NCBI GenBank assembly: GCA_963697165.1
Contig: CAVOMX010000019.1
Location: 1 to 61,452, forward strand
DNA length: 61,452 nucleotides
Direction: 5' to 3'
Source: Candidatus Bathyarchaeota archaeon
GTDB taxonomy: Archaea > Thermoproteota > Bathyarchaeia > Bathyarchaeales > Bathyarchaeaceae
In this document: positions 35,365-46,059 of the stretch, in pieces
Numbering within the stretch: position 1 is the stretch's first letter
How the letters are laid out: every line of letters begins with the position of its first letter
The notes under the pieces: model-generated
What the model saw: only the letters and a program-made list of their open reading frames with translations
The model's database searches: none
Told to the model about the DNA's origin: nothing
Position numbers and translations under genes: made by a program

Positions 35365-36864
35365 CTAATTTTTATCAGCACTATTCGATGTGCTATTATA
35401 GGCCCTTTTTCTGATTAAGAAGAAGATTCCTAGTAGAATTGTAGCCAATATTGCACCTAAAGCTGCCAAATAGATGTATGGAAAACCAGTTGGTTCAGTG
35501 GCAATGGACCATATCCTCATATCAGGGTCACATAAGGCGTCTAGAGTCATGCAACCAACTGATACTATTTCATGTTTCCCATCATTATCCAAATCTCCTG
35601 CACCTACATTCATAACTGCTAAACCATCTGCAAGGGTCCAATCTTCTTTCTGTTTTAGAGTTAATACCTCACCATTCCAACCAAAAACCCTAAGCTGAGC
35701 AGCATCTCTTGTAGCCTCAGCATTTTTGAAGCTTCCATAAACAGATGTTAAACCACCGGTCACAATATCTAAAATTCCATCGTCATCAACATCATTCAAC
35801 GATACAACTTTTACTGCGGTTATATCTTCTGTGATCCATTCATGGCTCTCCTCCAAAGAAAGAGCTTCATCAAAATGCCAAACTCTAAGTTGAGCATTAA
35901 TTTTTTCTCCATCATAAGTAAAGCCTCCAGTAATAATTTCTACAGAACCATCTCCATCAACATCACCCACTTTCAGATTCTCAACCAAAGTGTTACCCAT
36001 TACACCTCCGGCATTAGTCAATCCATAACATCCCTCAACCATACGCCATTCCTGATTTATTTGTAGCATAAGATTTTCTCCATCCCAATGCCAAATCCGA
36101 AGTTGTCCACTGCTATTTTCTAGACCATTATCATAACCAACAGTAATAATTTCGATTTCATTATCCCTATTCAAGTCATAGGCAAAGACCGAGTTTGCCC
36201 TAGCATCATTTGAAGCACACCATTCCACGTTTTCTTTTAAGCTAAGTGTATCTCCGTCCCACTTCCATATCTGAAGTTGAGCGGTAGATTGGACATCATA
36301 TGATGACCTTGATGTTGTGAGAATTTCTTTTTCACCATCTTTGTCTAGGTCGCTTACAAAAATTGAATTTACCGAAAACCCTTCATGACTACCCTTAAGA
36401 ACCACATTTTCTCCATCATAATTCCATATTCTAATTGAGGAAGAAATCCCAGCTGGACCCAAAACATTTCCTCCAGTTATGATTTCCATAACATTATCGC
36501 CATCTAGATCTTCACAATAGATACAACGAATATTTCCTTCCCAATGATGACTTTTTTCAAGAACAATTTCATTTCCAATCCAGTTCCAAAATTTTAATGG
36601 TGCCTCACTTGTTGAACGTTCCCCATTCACGATATTATACAATGAACCGCCTGTTATTATTTCTAAAACGCCATCATTGTCAACATCAGCTATGAACAGG
36701 TTATGTGAACCCGAAATACAGGTTCCACCTTTACCATATGTCTCCCAATGCTGTTCTCCTTCTAAAAATAATCCACTAGATTGTGCTCTTACAGTTATAC
36801 TAAAAACCAAAACTGAAACAATACTAAAAAACAACAAAATTCTGACACGAGTAGAACAAACCAT
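35365..36864 (-). CDS. FG-GAP/VCBS-repeat (integrin-like beta-propeller) membrane-anchored protein
   Basis: Seven D-x-D/N-x-D-G-x-x-E/D-I repeats (e.g. DVDNDGVLEII, DLDGDNVMEII, DVDGDGSVEII), signal peptide and C-terminal TM. Confidence 0.85.
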   Translation of the reverse strand: MVCSTRVRILLFFSIVSVLVFSITVRAQSSGLFLEGEQHWETYGKGGTCISGSHNLFIADVDNDGVLEIITGGSLYNIVNGERSTSEAPLKFWNWIGNEIVLEKSHHWEGNIRCIYCEDLDGDNVMEIITGGNVLGPAGISSSIRIWNYDGENVVLKGSHEGFSVNSIFVSDLDKDGEKEILTTSRSSYDVQSTAQLQIWKWDGDTLSLKENVEWCASNDARANSVFAYDLNRDNEIEIITVGYDNGLENSSGQLRIWHWDGENLMLQINQEWRMVEGCYGLTNAGGVMGNTLVENLKVGDVDGDGSVEIITGGFTYDGEKINAQLRVWHFDEALSLEESHEWITEDITAVKVVSLNDVDDDGILDIVTGGLTSVYGSFKNAEATRDAAQLRVFGWNGEVLTLKQKEDWTLADGLAVMNVGAGDLDNDGKHEIVSVGCMTLDALCDPDMRIWSIATEPTGFPYIYLAALGAILATILLGIFFLIRKRAYNSTSNSADKN

Positions 36865-37024
36865 ATTAGAATTACCTACTCAAATAAGAAATTAGTTTTA
36901 CCGTTAAGCAAATAAACTTTTCTTAATAATCAAATCCTAGAAATCCCCCAGTGGTAACCTTTTTGCATATTGATTTTAACTTACATTATTCACCATAATG
37001 TTTGATCAAAAATATAGTTTCGAT

Positions 37025-37060
37025 TTTGGGGTTAAATTTTAACCCCAAACCCAAACATAT
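37025..37060 (+). repeat. Best-preserved copy of the palindromic intergenic repeat family
   Basis: TTTGGGGTTAAA-T-TTTAACCCCAAA (perfect 12-bp inverted repeat, 37025-37049) followed by CCCAAACATAT. Confidence 0.9.
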
Positions 37061-37215
37061 GTACTTGTTTGCGTACCCCCGCGTGTGCGTGTGTGCCCGT
37101 CCACCCCTGTCCACTCACGCTCGCTCTCGCTCGCTCACGCTCAACCTATATAAATTCAATAAAACAAAAAAAGAGAAGAAATTGGAGGATAATCTACATT
37201 CTCCAATCTTTTAGG

Positions 37216-37734
37216 TTATGCCGTCTTCCCCATTTCTCTGAAACGAACAACTTTGCTCTTGTCTTTGTCCAAAAACATTTTTCCTTTCTCAACGCTCAGA
37301 TACGCAGCAAGAGTCCCAATAGTAGCCATCCCAGGAACCACCTTTGCATCTGGAAGTGCACTCTTTATTCCTCCAAAACCAGCCATACAACTCAAGGCAA
37401 TAGCTGCATCAGAATTTTTGAAAGCTTTAACAATAGAACTTCGACCTTTCTGATTTAATTGACAGAAGGGCGGATTCGGAAGATTAAAGTACTTAAGGCT
37501 AACTGTTTTTCCCTTGCTTTCTAACAATCGCCTAATTCGGTTAGCCTCTTGCCCCATCGGGTAAGGATTAAAATGGAAACCAAAAAACGATACCTTACCA
37601 AGTTCTAATATATCCTTCGCATACCCAAGGCTTTGATTAGCACAGTAAGGACATTCAAAGATAGTAATAGAGCTTGCATCTCCAACTTCCCGCAAAAGAT
37701 ACTCATCGGTTGCAATTTCAGAATAACTCCCCAT
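37216..37734 (-). CDS. Cys-containing protein similar to MetV/MTHFR-C-terminal-domain family N-region
   Basis: ITIFECPYCAN...PFCQL...DAAIALSCMAG cysteine spacing. Confidence 0.45.
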   Translation of the reverse strand: MGSYSEIATDEYLLREVGDASSITIFECPYCANQSLGYAKDILELGKVSFFGFHFNPYPMGQEANRIRRLLESKGKTVSLKYFNLPNPPFCQLNQKGRSSIVKAFKNSDAAIALSCMAGFGGIKSALPDAKVVPGMATIGTLAAYLSVEKGKMFLDKDKSKVVRFREMGKTA

Positions 37735-38108
37735 AAAATTCCCCCCTTTCCTTTAAGTCACTATGCACGTGCCCATTCAAATCACGAGCACATACAGATT
37801 AACATGGTACACATAACCTGCTTATACGCCTTTAATTTTAAAAAATAAACCCAAACCTATAAGCGTTATATCAAATTTTAGAACATTGCTGTATATGGAA
37901 CTTCATTTTTTAGGTCCAGCTTAAGATTGATTAATTGATACGAATGATACATCTGTTAATTTTCATATTTTTATCAATTCTTTTAACATCTTTTCCTTTT
38001 ATTTCAACCACTAAGCAAAAACATAATGGCTTTTTAACAAATTTTCAATCACTAAGACAAATCAATTTTTTTAAGTTACAAAAAGTAGTCCCAAATTTGA
38101 TCTTCCTC

Positions 38109-38489
38109 ATGAACCAGTTCGATTACATGATTCAAAACAACTTACGCGTTTGGTTTTTGTGGACAGGAGGGTTCATTTCTTGGATTTTAGGATGTTGCTT
38201 TTGGGTTCTACAAGCAGATATTGCCTCATTAACTTTTATAACAACTTCAATTATTTTCTGTTTGCTAGCAATAGTTACTATTTCTAAAAGAAATATAATT
38301 GAAGCATCCAATCGGAAAAGAGTTAACCTTAGACTATCAGTTTATGTTTTAATTATTTCAATTTCTGTTGTAACTATGGTTGCATTCAAATCCTTCGCTG
38401 CCGGAATAACTACGATTACCCTTTTACTGCTTTTCTTGTACGATTGGACAGTGATTAAAAAAAGGTTAAAGTTTAACCCCCAAAACTAG
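38109..38489 (+). CDS. Small four-TM membrane protein
   Basis: Hydrophobic ORF from ATG 38109. Its last codons and stop lie inside a repeat-family copy. Confidence 0.55.
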   Translation: MNQFDYMIQNNLRVWFLWTGGFISWILGCCFWVLQADIASLTFITTSIIFCLLAIVTISKRNIIEASNRKRVNLRLSVYVLIISISVVTMVAFKSFAAGITTITLLLLFLYDWTVIKKRLKFNPQN

Positions 38490-38612
38490 CCCAAACGTGT
38501 TTGTCCACGCCAATCTACATATTTTTTCTTCCTAACTCATGCTCATATTAGTTTTCTCTTATTCTTTCTTACCTACCCTCACACGCAAAAACCACACGAA
38601 CGCGCACACACA
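38464..38612 (+). repeat. Long (~150 bp) copy of the palindromic repeat family
   Basis: GGTTAAA-G-TTTAACC CCCAAAACTAGCCCAAAC...TCTACAT...CCTAA...TTTCTCTT...ACCTACCCT...CACACGAACGCGCACAC aligns with 44150-44292. Confidence 0.8.
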
Positions 38613-38675
38613 AAAAATAATGAAAGGATAATTGGAAAACTTCTTGTATTCTAAGTAATGTTCTGAATTTTTGAA

Positions 38676-39803
38676 TTATCGATTTTTGAGGGAAATAAAT
38701 TTGGTTCCGTATGCACCAATATATCTTGATGTTGGACGAAGCAAAACCGCATCTGAATACTGTTCTAGAATGTGAGCTACCCATCCTGTTACTCGACTTG
38801 AGGCAAAAAATAACGTAAAGAATTCTTTGGGAACATCTAATGCATTCAGAACTGTGGCAGCATAGAAATCAACATTCGGATAGATTTTTTTCTCTTTGTG
38901 AACAACTGCTTGAATCTTTCTACATTTCTGATATAATTCCATTCGATCAATGCGTTGACATAAAGATTTGCTCACTTTTCTAAGATGTCTTGATCGAGGG
39001 TCATCTACCACGTAAATTCTGTGACCAAATCCCATTATCTTCTTTTGGTCAAATAAGATTCCTTGTATGTAAGCTTCTACTTCTCCAACGTTGTTAACGT
39101 CAAGCAGCATATTCATCACTCTCTCGCTAGCTCCACCATGCAGTTTTCCTTTGAGTGTTCCTATTGCAGAGGTTATAGCCGAGTACATATCTGACAAGGT
39201 GCTAGCTGTAACGCGTGCAGCGAAAGCAGAAGCATTTAGTCCATGATCAGCATGCAGAATCATGTACCGTTCAATCGATTCTTTTTCTTCTTCATCTGCA
39301 GGTTTTCCCCGAAACATGTATAGAAAGTTCTCAGAAAAACCATATTCTTTCTTTGGATCTACAATCTCCTGTTTAGTTCTCACTCGATGGATGATTGCAA
39401 CTAACGTTGGGACTTTAGCTATCAAACCAAGGGCTCTTTTGTTGTTAGCTGATTCAGAAGTGTCATTTGGGTTAGAGTCATATTGTCCTAGGTGCGATAT
39501 TTCGGTTCGTAATATTTCCATTGGATGGCTGCTTTTTGGTGCATTCTTAATGCTTTGGATTATTTGTTCGGGTAATTTCATTTCGGAAGTGAGTGCTGCT
39601 TTTAGGGTATTTAGTTCACTTTCGTCAGGGAGTTTTTTGTTCAATATAAGGTGAATCACTTCTTCATAGCACACTCTACCCAAGAGACGGTCAATGTCAT
39701 AACCAACATAATAAAGCGCACCAAGAGGATCAACAAAACTAATTTGAGTTTCGCAAGCTGCAACATCCCTTAAGCCGCGAACATATTTTTTTTCAGAGGA
39801 CAT
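38676..39803 (-). CDS. Citrate/2-methylcitrate synthase
   Basis: GLRDVAACETQIS, HADHGLNASAF, LKGKLHGGA, IMGFGHRIY, YPNVDFY and LLRP motifs. Confidence 0.95.
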   Translation of the reverse strand: MSSEKKYVRGLRDVAACETQISFVDPLGALYYVGYDIDRLLGRVCYEEVIHLILNKKLPDESELNTLKAALTSEMKLPEQIIQSIKNAPKSSHPMEILRTEISHLGQYDSNPNDTSESANNKRALGLIAKVPTLVAIIHRVRTKQEIVDPKKEYGFSENFLYMFRGKPADEEEKESIERYMILHADHGLNASAFAARVTASTLSDMYSAITSAIGTLKGKLHGGASERVMNMLLDVNNVGEVEAYIQGILFDQKKIMGFGHRIYVVDDPRSRHLRKVSKSLCQRIDRMELYQKCRKIQAVVHKEKKIYPNVDFYAATVLNALDVPKEFFTLFFASSRVTGWVAHILEQYSDAVLLRPTSRYIGAYGTKFISLKNR

Positions 39804-40117
39804 TTTCAAATTCAACTCTCAATTTTTAGTAAGTTTATGCTACCACATGCACTGAAAACGCATTCAATTTTGATAAGGTAATCAAGAACAACCTAAAGCT
39901 TAACTTCTTCTAAAATACCCTTTAGTTAACAGATTATGGGAAACACTAGACTAAATAAGAATAGTAAATAAAGTCTTATTAATGCTTCTAAAATCTACTG
40001 GGCAATTTGTTTATTGTGCTGGGTTTGTTTTAACTATAGGTAAAGCTAGATTTATTAAAGCAAATTATCCGACATGTCTTTTTACGAATCGTTTTAGTAT
40101 CTCTTGTAAAAATTTCT

Positions 40118-40182
40118 GCTTCTTCTATCTCTTACTCACTCCCCCTCACGTGTGAAACCCGCACGCACTCGCACACAAACAC
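40118..40182 (+). repeat. 3' half of the long repeat family unit
   Basis: GCTTCTTCTATCTCTTACTCACTCCCCCTCACGTGTGAAACCCGCACGCACTCGCACAC resembles 38551-38612 and 44231-44292. Confidence 0.6.
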
Positions 40183-40407
40183 AAAATCAAAACATAATTT
40201 CTATTTCTGATTGGTTCGCCAACTGGAAAGTAGTTCATTTCTTCCTTTTTTTGGATAGTTTAAGGTTTCTATTCTTTGTGTTTTGAGTTTTTAGAAAAGA
40301 TGAATTCTACGGTGTTATGAAGTTTCTTTCTGCAGACTGAAAATTAGAGGTATTGCTAAAAGCATTACCCCTAAATCGATGATAAAAAATCGGGGATTAT
40401 TGCAGTT

Positions 40408-40948
40408 TTATCGGCGCGCGCTTTTCTTTTTAACCATGAATAGCCCTAAAGCCAATGCGATCGCTGCAACTGCTCCTATGGTTCCCAATGGTGTTTCTGG
40501 AACAACGAATATTGGAAAATTCTGGCGTATATCTAGTGGGAGCGAAAAATCAGCCACATTACTTCCTCCTTTTGCATTATGGAAGATGACTTTAACGTTC
40601 CATTCACCGTGCACATTTGGAGTATATGTACCTTTGAGCATACTTTACTAGAGCAGTGGTACCGTCAGCATATTGTCCGACCGTGCCATTTGTATATACA
40701 GAGGGCATATCCTCATGAAATACTTCACCGTCGGGTCCATACCATCTGATGGTTATTAATTCTACATCAGGGTCTAGGGTTCCAGCGGTTATTGTCACAG
40801 GTGTTCCTTGTGGCGAAACTGGTCCGCTTATGTTTGAAGTTACAGCAAAACCTGTTCCCAAAGTTTCCCATGAAGCATAGGCTACATTCATAAGAAGAAG
40901 CGTTATAACAACTGTCGAAATCCCAAAAGTTAACAATTTAGTTTTCAT
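40408..40948 (-). CDS. Small secreted Ig-like protein with VPE-TM-basic (PEF-CTERM-like) sorting signal; one indel near 40635
   Basis: Signal peptide MKTKLLTFG...AYA, and C-terminus FVVPETPLGTIGAVAAIALALGLFMVKKKSARR. Confidence 0.75.
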
Positions 40949-41364
40949 TAATCTCCTTCTCCTAACTAAAATTGGTTAGCAAATACTGCCATATAAATTA
41001 CTCTGGAACTTTTTTCTATATTTGAATAATACATCAGCTAATCCTTTTTTCTTAGAATAATCATACACGCGCATTAAAAATTGAATAAATCATGTTTTTA
41101 TTCTCGAAAAAAAACATGAGATGTATCACGTTTCAGAAGAGCTCTATTTTTATGATATTTGAGTCTTCCAACCATTTATCGGCTGGTAATTCTTACTGAT
41201 CATTACCTTTTTCAACAATCCTATTTTCTGTAAGGTTGATAGATCTTTCATTAGTTGTACTTTGTCGATCAGGATTTCAGTCATTTTCTGATAAGTGAGT
41301 GAAATATTATTGTGCGTTGGCAAAGTCGTTTTTTCAGTTTGGAGTGTATTATCGAATAATTGTT

Positions 41365-41515
41365 TATTTCACTTGTTAGAGCCATTAAAAAATATTTCGA
41401 GATCCGGGTAAAATACTGCAAATGTTGCGGTAATTATTGTTGTGATTTTTGGCATCAGTGGTAAAATATCTGTGGTAAAAGAGAGGAACCCTGATTTATC
41501 ACCAGATTTTTCCAT
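41365..41515 (-). pseudogene. Possible N-terminal remnant of an exosortase/archaeosortase-family gene
   Basis: Reads MEKSGDKSGFLSFTTDILPLMPKITTIITATFAVFYPDLEIFFN-ALTSE, resembling from memory the first TM of archaeal exosortase-like proteins. It lies upstream of a VPE-CTERM gene. Confidence 0.3.
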
Positions 41516-41668
41516 GACTTTTAATCCAATATCATCTCCTAAAAAGTTAGAGTACTAAAGATTGGATTATTTAATCTGGTGTATGATACCTTTTCAAACA
41601 GAAAAAAATAGACCTACTCACTTTTTCCTTTATTTTATAATACCCTAAACATTAAGCGCAAAAACGGT

Positions 41669-42610
41669 ATGCATAAACTTTTTATAGAGTCCCAATCGAG
41701 AAAGGATATGCTCCATAGAGTAAAGGGATTTCTAACGTTCATTTCCTTTGAAAGAGGGATAATGCTTTTCATGATAACTATGGGAGCAACATTTCTGATG
41801 GCAGAGAAACCCACATTCTTTGGAGCGATTTACTTAGGCATTGTCGCCTTTTGTGGATGGAGTGGAGTAGATGCAATAAACAACGTTTATGATGTTGATT
41901 TGGACGTAAAATCTGACCCGCTTAGAGCAGATTATACAAAGAATCTTGGGAAAATGGGACTTTTAATATCCTTAATCTTCTTTGCATTGTCTATGAGCCT
42001 AGGCGCAATCACTGGAATCCAGCTAGTAACTGTTTTTGTTTTTATCGGGATTCTTGCAGGAGTCGCATATTCAATGCCGCCATTTAGACTCAGACAAACA
42101 ATATACAAACCAGTAGTGAACTTATCTGTTGGCGCCGTTCCTGTTCTAATCGTAGCTGCCTTCTTCAACGTTTTTTCTGTTCAAATACTGGCCTTAATGC
42201 TTCTCATGGGCATATCCACTGCAGTCAACAGTTTATGGGAAGACTTGGCAGACTACAAATCAGACCTTAATGCCCATGCACGAACCATACTAGTCACATT
42301 AGGGATTAAACGCGGACTTTATCTCACAATAATAATGGGTTACAGTCTTATCCCACTCATGATTCTAGTTGGAGTCCTATTCAACCTGAGTCCACTTTAC
42401 TTTGTTGTCCTCAGTGGACTCATAACGTATCTATCCATTCGTCTAATTCAAAACCGTCACGTCCTCGTAGGAGGCACCCAAAACGATACAAAATCAATGC
42501 TCAAGCTAGGCGAAGCATTCGCAAAAGATTTCGTTATAATCGCATTGGTGCATACAACAAACTTGATGATAAACGGCTACCTAATATACAACCAAGTTTT
42601 CTTGATTTAA
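41669..42610 (+). CDS. UbiA-family prenyltransferase
   Basis: Asp-rich motifs INNVYDVDLD and EDLADYKSD, YSMPPFRL, multiple TMs. Confidence 0.9.
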   Translation: MHKLFIESQSRKDMLHRVKGFLTFISFERGIMLFMITMGATFLMAEKPTFFGAIYLGIVAFCGWSGVDAINNVYDVDLDVKSDPLRADYTKNLGKMGLLISLIFFALSMSLGAITGIQLVTVFVFIGILAGVAYSMPPFRLRQTIYKPVVNLSVGAVPVLIVAAFFNVFSVQILALMLLMGISTAVNSLWEDLADYKSDLNAHARTILVTLGIKRGLYLTIIMGYSLIPLMILVGVLFNLSPLYFVVLSGLITYLSIRLIQNRHVLVGGTQNDTKSMLKLGEAFAKDFVIIALVHTTNLMINGYLIYNQVFLI

Positions 42611-42960
42611 AAAAATCTCTTGAAAACAAGCCGTTCCCTATTTTGACAAGAAAAACTTTAACCCACAAAGCCATAGAGACTCGTCGTAAAATGTGTCAAG
42701 AATTAACACCCAAAACAAATCAACAAACGTAACGAATAGTTAACAGAACCTGAAAGTTAATGAAGAGTCTACTTGGGATTGACTCTTCGCTGCATTTGTT
42801 TTTTGGTGGACTTGTTTTTGATAAGTGGTTAGTTAGTGGTTTCAGATTGATGCAATTGGAAATAGTTTTTGATGATCTTTGTTTTATTATTCTTCCAGGG
42901 AGAATTCTATCCAGAGGATAATGGTCTGAGATTCGCCTTGAAATTTGGTTTAGGTTGGTC

Positions 42961-42990
42961 GGGTTAAAATTTAGCCCCCTAACCCAAATA
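42961..42990 (+). repeat. Copy of the palindromic repeat family
   Basis: GGGTTAAA-A-TTTAGCCCCCTAACCCAAATA. Confidence 0.75.
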
Positions 42991-43064
42991 CGTCCATTTC
43001 TGTTCATTCATACAAACATAACTAAATCGAGTATGTATGTCATCTCCATACAATTAATTGGGAC

Positions 43065-43601
43065 TTAATTTTTAGGTTTATTAAACAAAAAATATGCTAA
43101 TCGGGAAAAAAGGGAAATTGCAGTTGAAACTACAATTCCAATAGTAACTATATCGTAGACTAGTTTTTCAGGAAAGAGTAACGTTAATCCTATGCCACCA
43201 AAAAGAAGACTACCCAAATATCTCCCAATTGGATCATAGATGACCCGCTCCGAGTAGAGACTTGTTAATATGAATTGCTCAAAAACAAAGACTAACAAAA
43301 TAAAAATCCATGCAGGATAAAAACCTTTTACAATGAAAGCCATGAACAACCCATAAATAAAAATAAAATCAACGATTGTATCAAAGAAGGCTCCCGACTT
43401 TGAAGAAACTCCCAGTTTTCTAGCGATAAAGCCATCCACAAGATCAGTCCCAATCGAGAAAACAAACAAGAAATATACAACAAATTTCATATCAAGAAAA
43501 AATGTGTAAATAAGAAAAGGTAAAACAACTAGTCTGAGACTGGTTAAAATATGTGGAATGATTTGTTTTTGTCCAGAGAGTTTAATTTTCAAACAAATCA
43601 T
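43065..43601 (-). CDS. CDP-alcohol phosphatidyltransferase family protein
   Basis: IPHILTSLR and TDLVDGFIARKLGVSSKSGAFFDTIVD (D-x-x-D-G-x-x-A-R...G-x-x-x-D-x-x-x-D). Confidence 0.92.
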   Translation of the reverse strand: MICLKIKLSGQKQIIPHILTSLRLVVLPFLIYTFFLDMKFVVYFLFVFSIGTDLVDGFIARKLGVSSKSGAFFDTIVDFIFIYGLFMAFIVKGFYPAWIFILLVFVFEQFILTSLYSERVIYDPIGRYLGSLLFGGIGLTLLFPEKLVYDIVTIGIVVSTAISLFSRLAYFLFNKPKN

Positions 43602-43667
43602 CCTTCAGTAAATGTATCAAATTCGAGATAGAAAAGCATTTATAAATTTTGAAATGTATGACTAAAC

Positions 43668-44018
43668 ATGACAGATAGAAATTATAAGATTTTAATGATC
43701 TCACTAGCATTAACAATCATCGGCGAAATCGCTTCAATTGCTATATGGTATTCACAACCAGATATGCGGATGACGTTAATGGTTGATTATACAACAGCAA
43801 GTGTTGCAGCTGCAGTTGCTACAGTATTGAATATTGTAGCTTTAATCGGGGTTCGTAGAAAAAGCAAATGGGGTTCTCTTCTGGTAATTGCAGTTTCGAT
43901 ACCTAATAGAATCTTAGGATTGTTCCTTTTTGAATCGCCTATTTCTACGGGAGTCTTCGCAATATGGACCGCCTTATTGGTGATCTTCGCATACATGAAT
44001 TATCGAGATATAAAGTAA
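43668..44018 (+). CDS. Small four-TM membrane protein
   Basis: 116-aa hydrophobic ORF preceded by TTTATAAA. Confidence 0.7.
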   Translation: MTDRNYKILMISLALTIIGEIASIAIWYSQPDMRMTLMVDYTTASVAAAVATVLNIVALIGVRRKSKWGSLLVIAVSIPNRILGLFLFESPISTGVFAIWTALLVIFAYMNYRDIK

Positions 44019-44140
44019 TAAAATCATGACTGAATGCTAGTTTCAATTAGACACTGCGCTCAGTGTCCTCTTAATTTCCTATTTTTTGCATTAACTCTAT
44101 TAGTCATTGGATTGCAGCTCAAAAAGCGAAAGTGTCATTG

Positions 44141-44292
44141 TTTTTGGGAGGTTAAATGTTAATCCCCCAAACTTAACCCCAAACTTTCTTACGTGTCTAC
44201 ATTTTTACTCCCTAATTCTTTTTCACAATCGCTTTCTCTTTCTCTCTCACCTACCCTATCCTAACGTGCAAACGCCACGCACACGCACGCGC
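44141..44292 (+). repeat. Long copy of the palindromic repeat family
   Basis: TTTTTGGGAGGTTAAATGTTAATCCCCCAAACTTAACCCCAAAC...TCTACAT...CACCTACCCT...CACGCACACGCACGCGC. Confidence 0.8.
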
Positions 44293-44416
44293 TGGAAGGG
44301 GAAAGGAATGAAATAAGAGGGCTTCATTGGCACATGTGCACAGGTACTATTTAATATTCAAATAAGACAATTGGAATTGGGTAAATTAAGCAGCGATTTG
44401 AGGGAGGAGGTATATT

Positions 44417-45679
44417 ATGGGAAGTGAATCGTTTGATGTTGAGAAAACTGCAATCGAATTGGTTATGAACGATAATGTGACAAAAAAGAGGCAATTGGCA
44501 AAAAAGATCTTTGACGTTGCATATGAAGAGGGAATTTATTCCTCGAGCATCCATGATTTTTATATGGCTCGCGGCAGGGGTGAATTCGGGGGTTTCACAG
44601 TCCCTGCTATAAACTTGAGGAGCATGACTTACGATCTGGCTCGTGCAATATTTAGAGTGGGGGAGAAAAATGGTTCTGGCGCTTTTATCTTTGAGATTGC
44701 CAGGTCTGAGATCGGTTATACCGATCAGGCGCCGATTGAATATGCAAGTATGGTTCTGGCAGCAGCGATAAGGGAAAGCTATTCCGGTCCAGTCTTTATC
44801 CAAGGAGACCATTTTCAGGTCAACGCCGCCAAGTTTAAAGAGAATCCGGATAAGGAAATTGAAAGTTTGCAGGCTTTAATGGGGGATGCGATTGGTTCGG
44901 GCTTCTATAACATTGATATTGACTCGTCAACCCTTGTTGATGTTTCCAAACCGGATTTGAAAGAACAGCAACGTCTGAATTATGAGGTCTGTGCAAGGCT
45001 CACGCAGTTTATCCGCCGTGTTGAGCCGAAAGGGATTACGATTTCGGTGGGTGGAGAGATTGGCGAGATTGGGCATCAGAATTCGACGCCTGAAGACCTG
45101 CAAGCATTTATGACCGGTCTCGAAGAAAGCTGGAAAAGGGTTTGGCTGGCATAAGTAAGATTTCAGTTCAGACGGGGACAACTCATGGCGGCGTTGTTCT
45201 GCCTAACGGGTCAATAGCGCAAATCAAGCTTGACTTTAACACGTTGAAAACTCTTTCTGAGATTGCCCGCAGAGAATATGGGTTGGCTGGAGCTGTGCAA
45301 CATGGAGCATCAACCCTGCCTCCTGAGGCTTTCCACAAGTTTGTCGAATGTGAGACCGCTGAAGTGCATTTGGCCACGGCAGTTCCAGAACATGATTTAT
45401 GAATCAGAGCACTTTCCGGTTGATCTGAAGAAGAGAATTTACGAATGGCTAAAAGTCAATGTCGCAAGCGAGGCAAAAAAAGACGAAACTGAAGAACAAT
45501 TCCTTTACAAGACCCGAAAAAAAGCGTTGGGACCATTCAAGAAAGAAATTATGGGACTGCCACAACAGACGCGTGATGCGATTGCAGCTGAAATCGAAAC
45601 AAAATTTGACTTCCTCTTCAAGCAGCTCAACGTCGTAAACAAGAGAGCCTTAGTGAATAAATACTGCACCCACGAGTAA
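44417..45679 (+). CDS. Class II fructose-bisphosphate aldolase family protein (indels near 45130 and 45380)
   Basis: [51 protein letters not shown] and VQHGASTLP motifs. Confidence 0.9.
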
Positions 45680-45894
45680 ACTAAAGTCTCTTAATATCGA
45701 TGAAAAAAAGCATGAAAAATGTGTGTCTCTCTGCATCAATTGTCTTTATATAGGATGGCCTTTGAACCTTTAGGGTAGTTTTTGATTTTTCAAAAGTTCC
45801 ATTTGGAAGTCTAGTGCATATGGAGCTAAACAATTGCGCCGTTCGAAATAAATCGAACGCGCACGTTTTACGAAGAGTCTTTAGGTGTTTGATT

Positions 45895-45945
45895 GAGTGG
45901 GGCTTGGGGATTAAAATTTAACACTTCCACAAAAAACACACATCA
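45895..45945 (-). repeat. Copy of the palindromic repeat family, inverted orientation
   Basis: Reverse complement reads TGTGTTTTTTGTGGAAGTGTTAAATTTTAATCCCCAAGCCCCAC. Confidence 0.7.
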
Positions 45946-46059
45946 CAAACATTTTATTTTGATTTTGAAGTTCACTTTTTTGATGTAACAATAATGACAT
46001 TTTGTTCATAGAAAACCAATTAAGTTGCAAATACTCAAGAAAACTGCAGGTTAATACTT

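Noticed and set aside
42762..42788. Isolated hairpins (GAAGAGTC/GACTCTTC here; also ~45835-45862 and 51005-51038)
   Set aside because: Single short stems with no shared sequence; they may be terminators but cannot be supported further.
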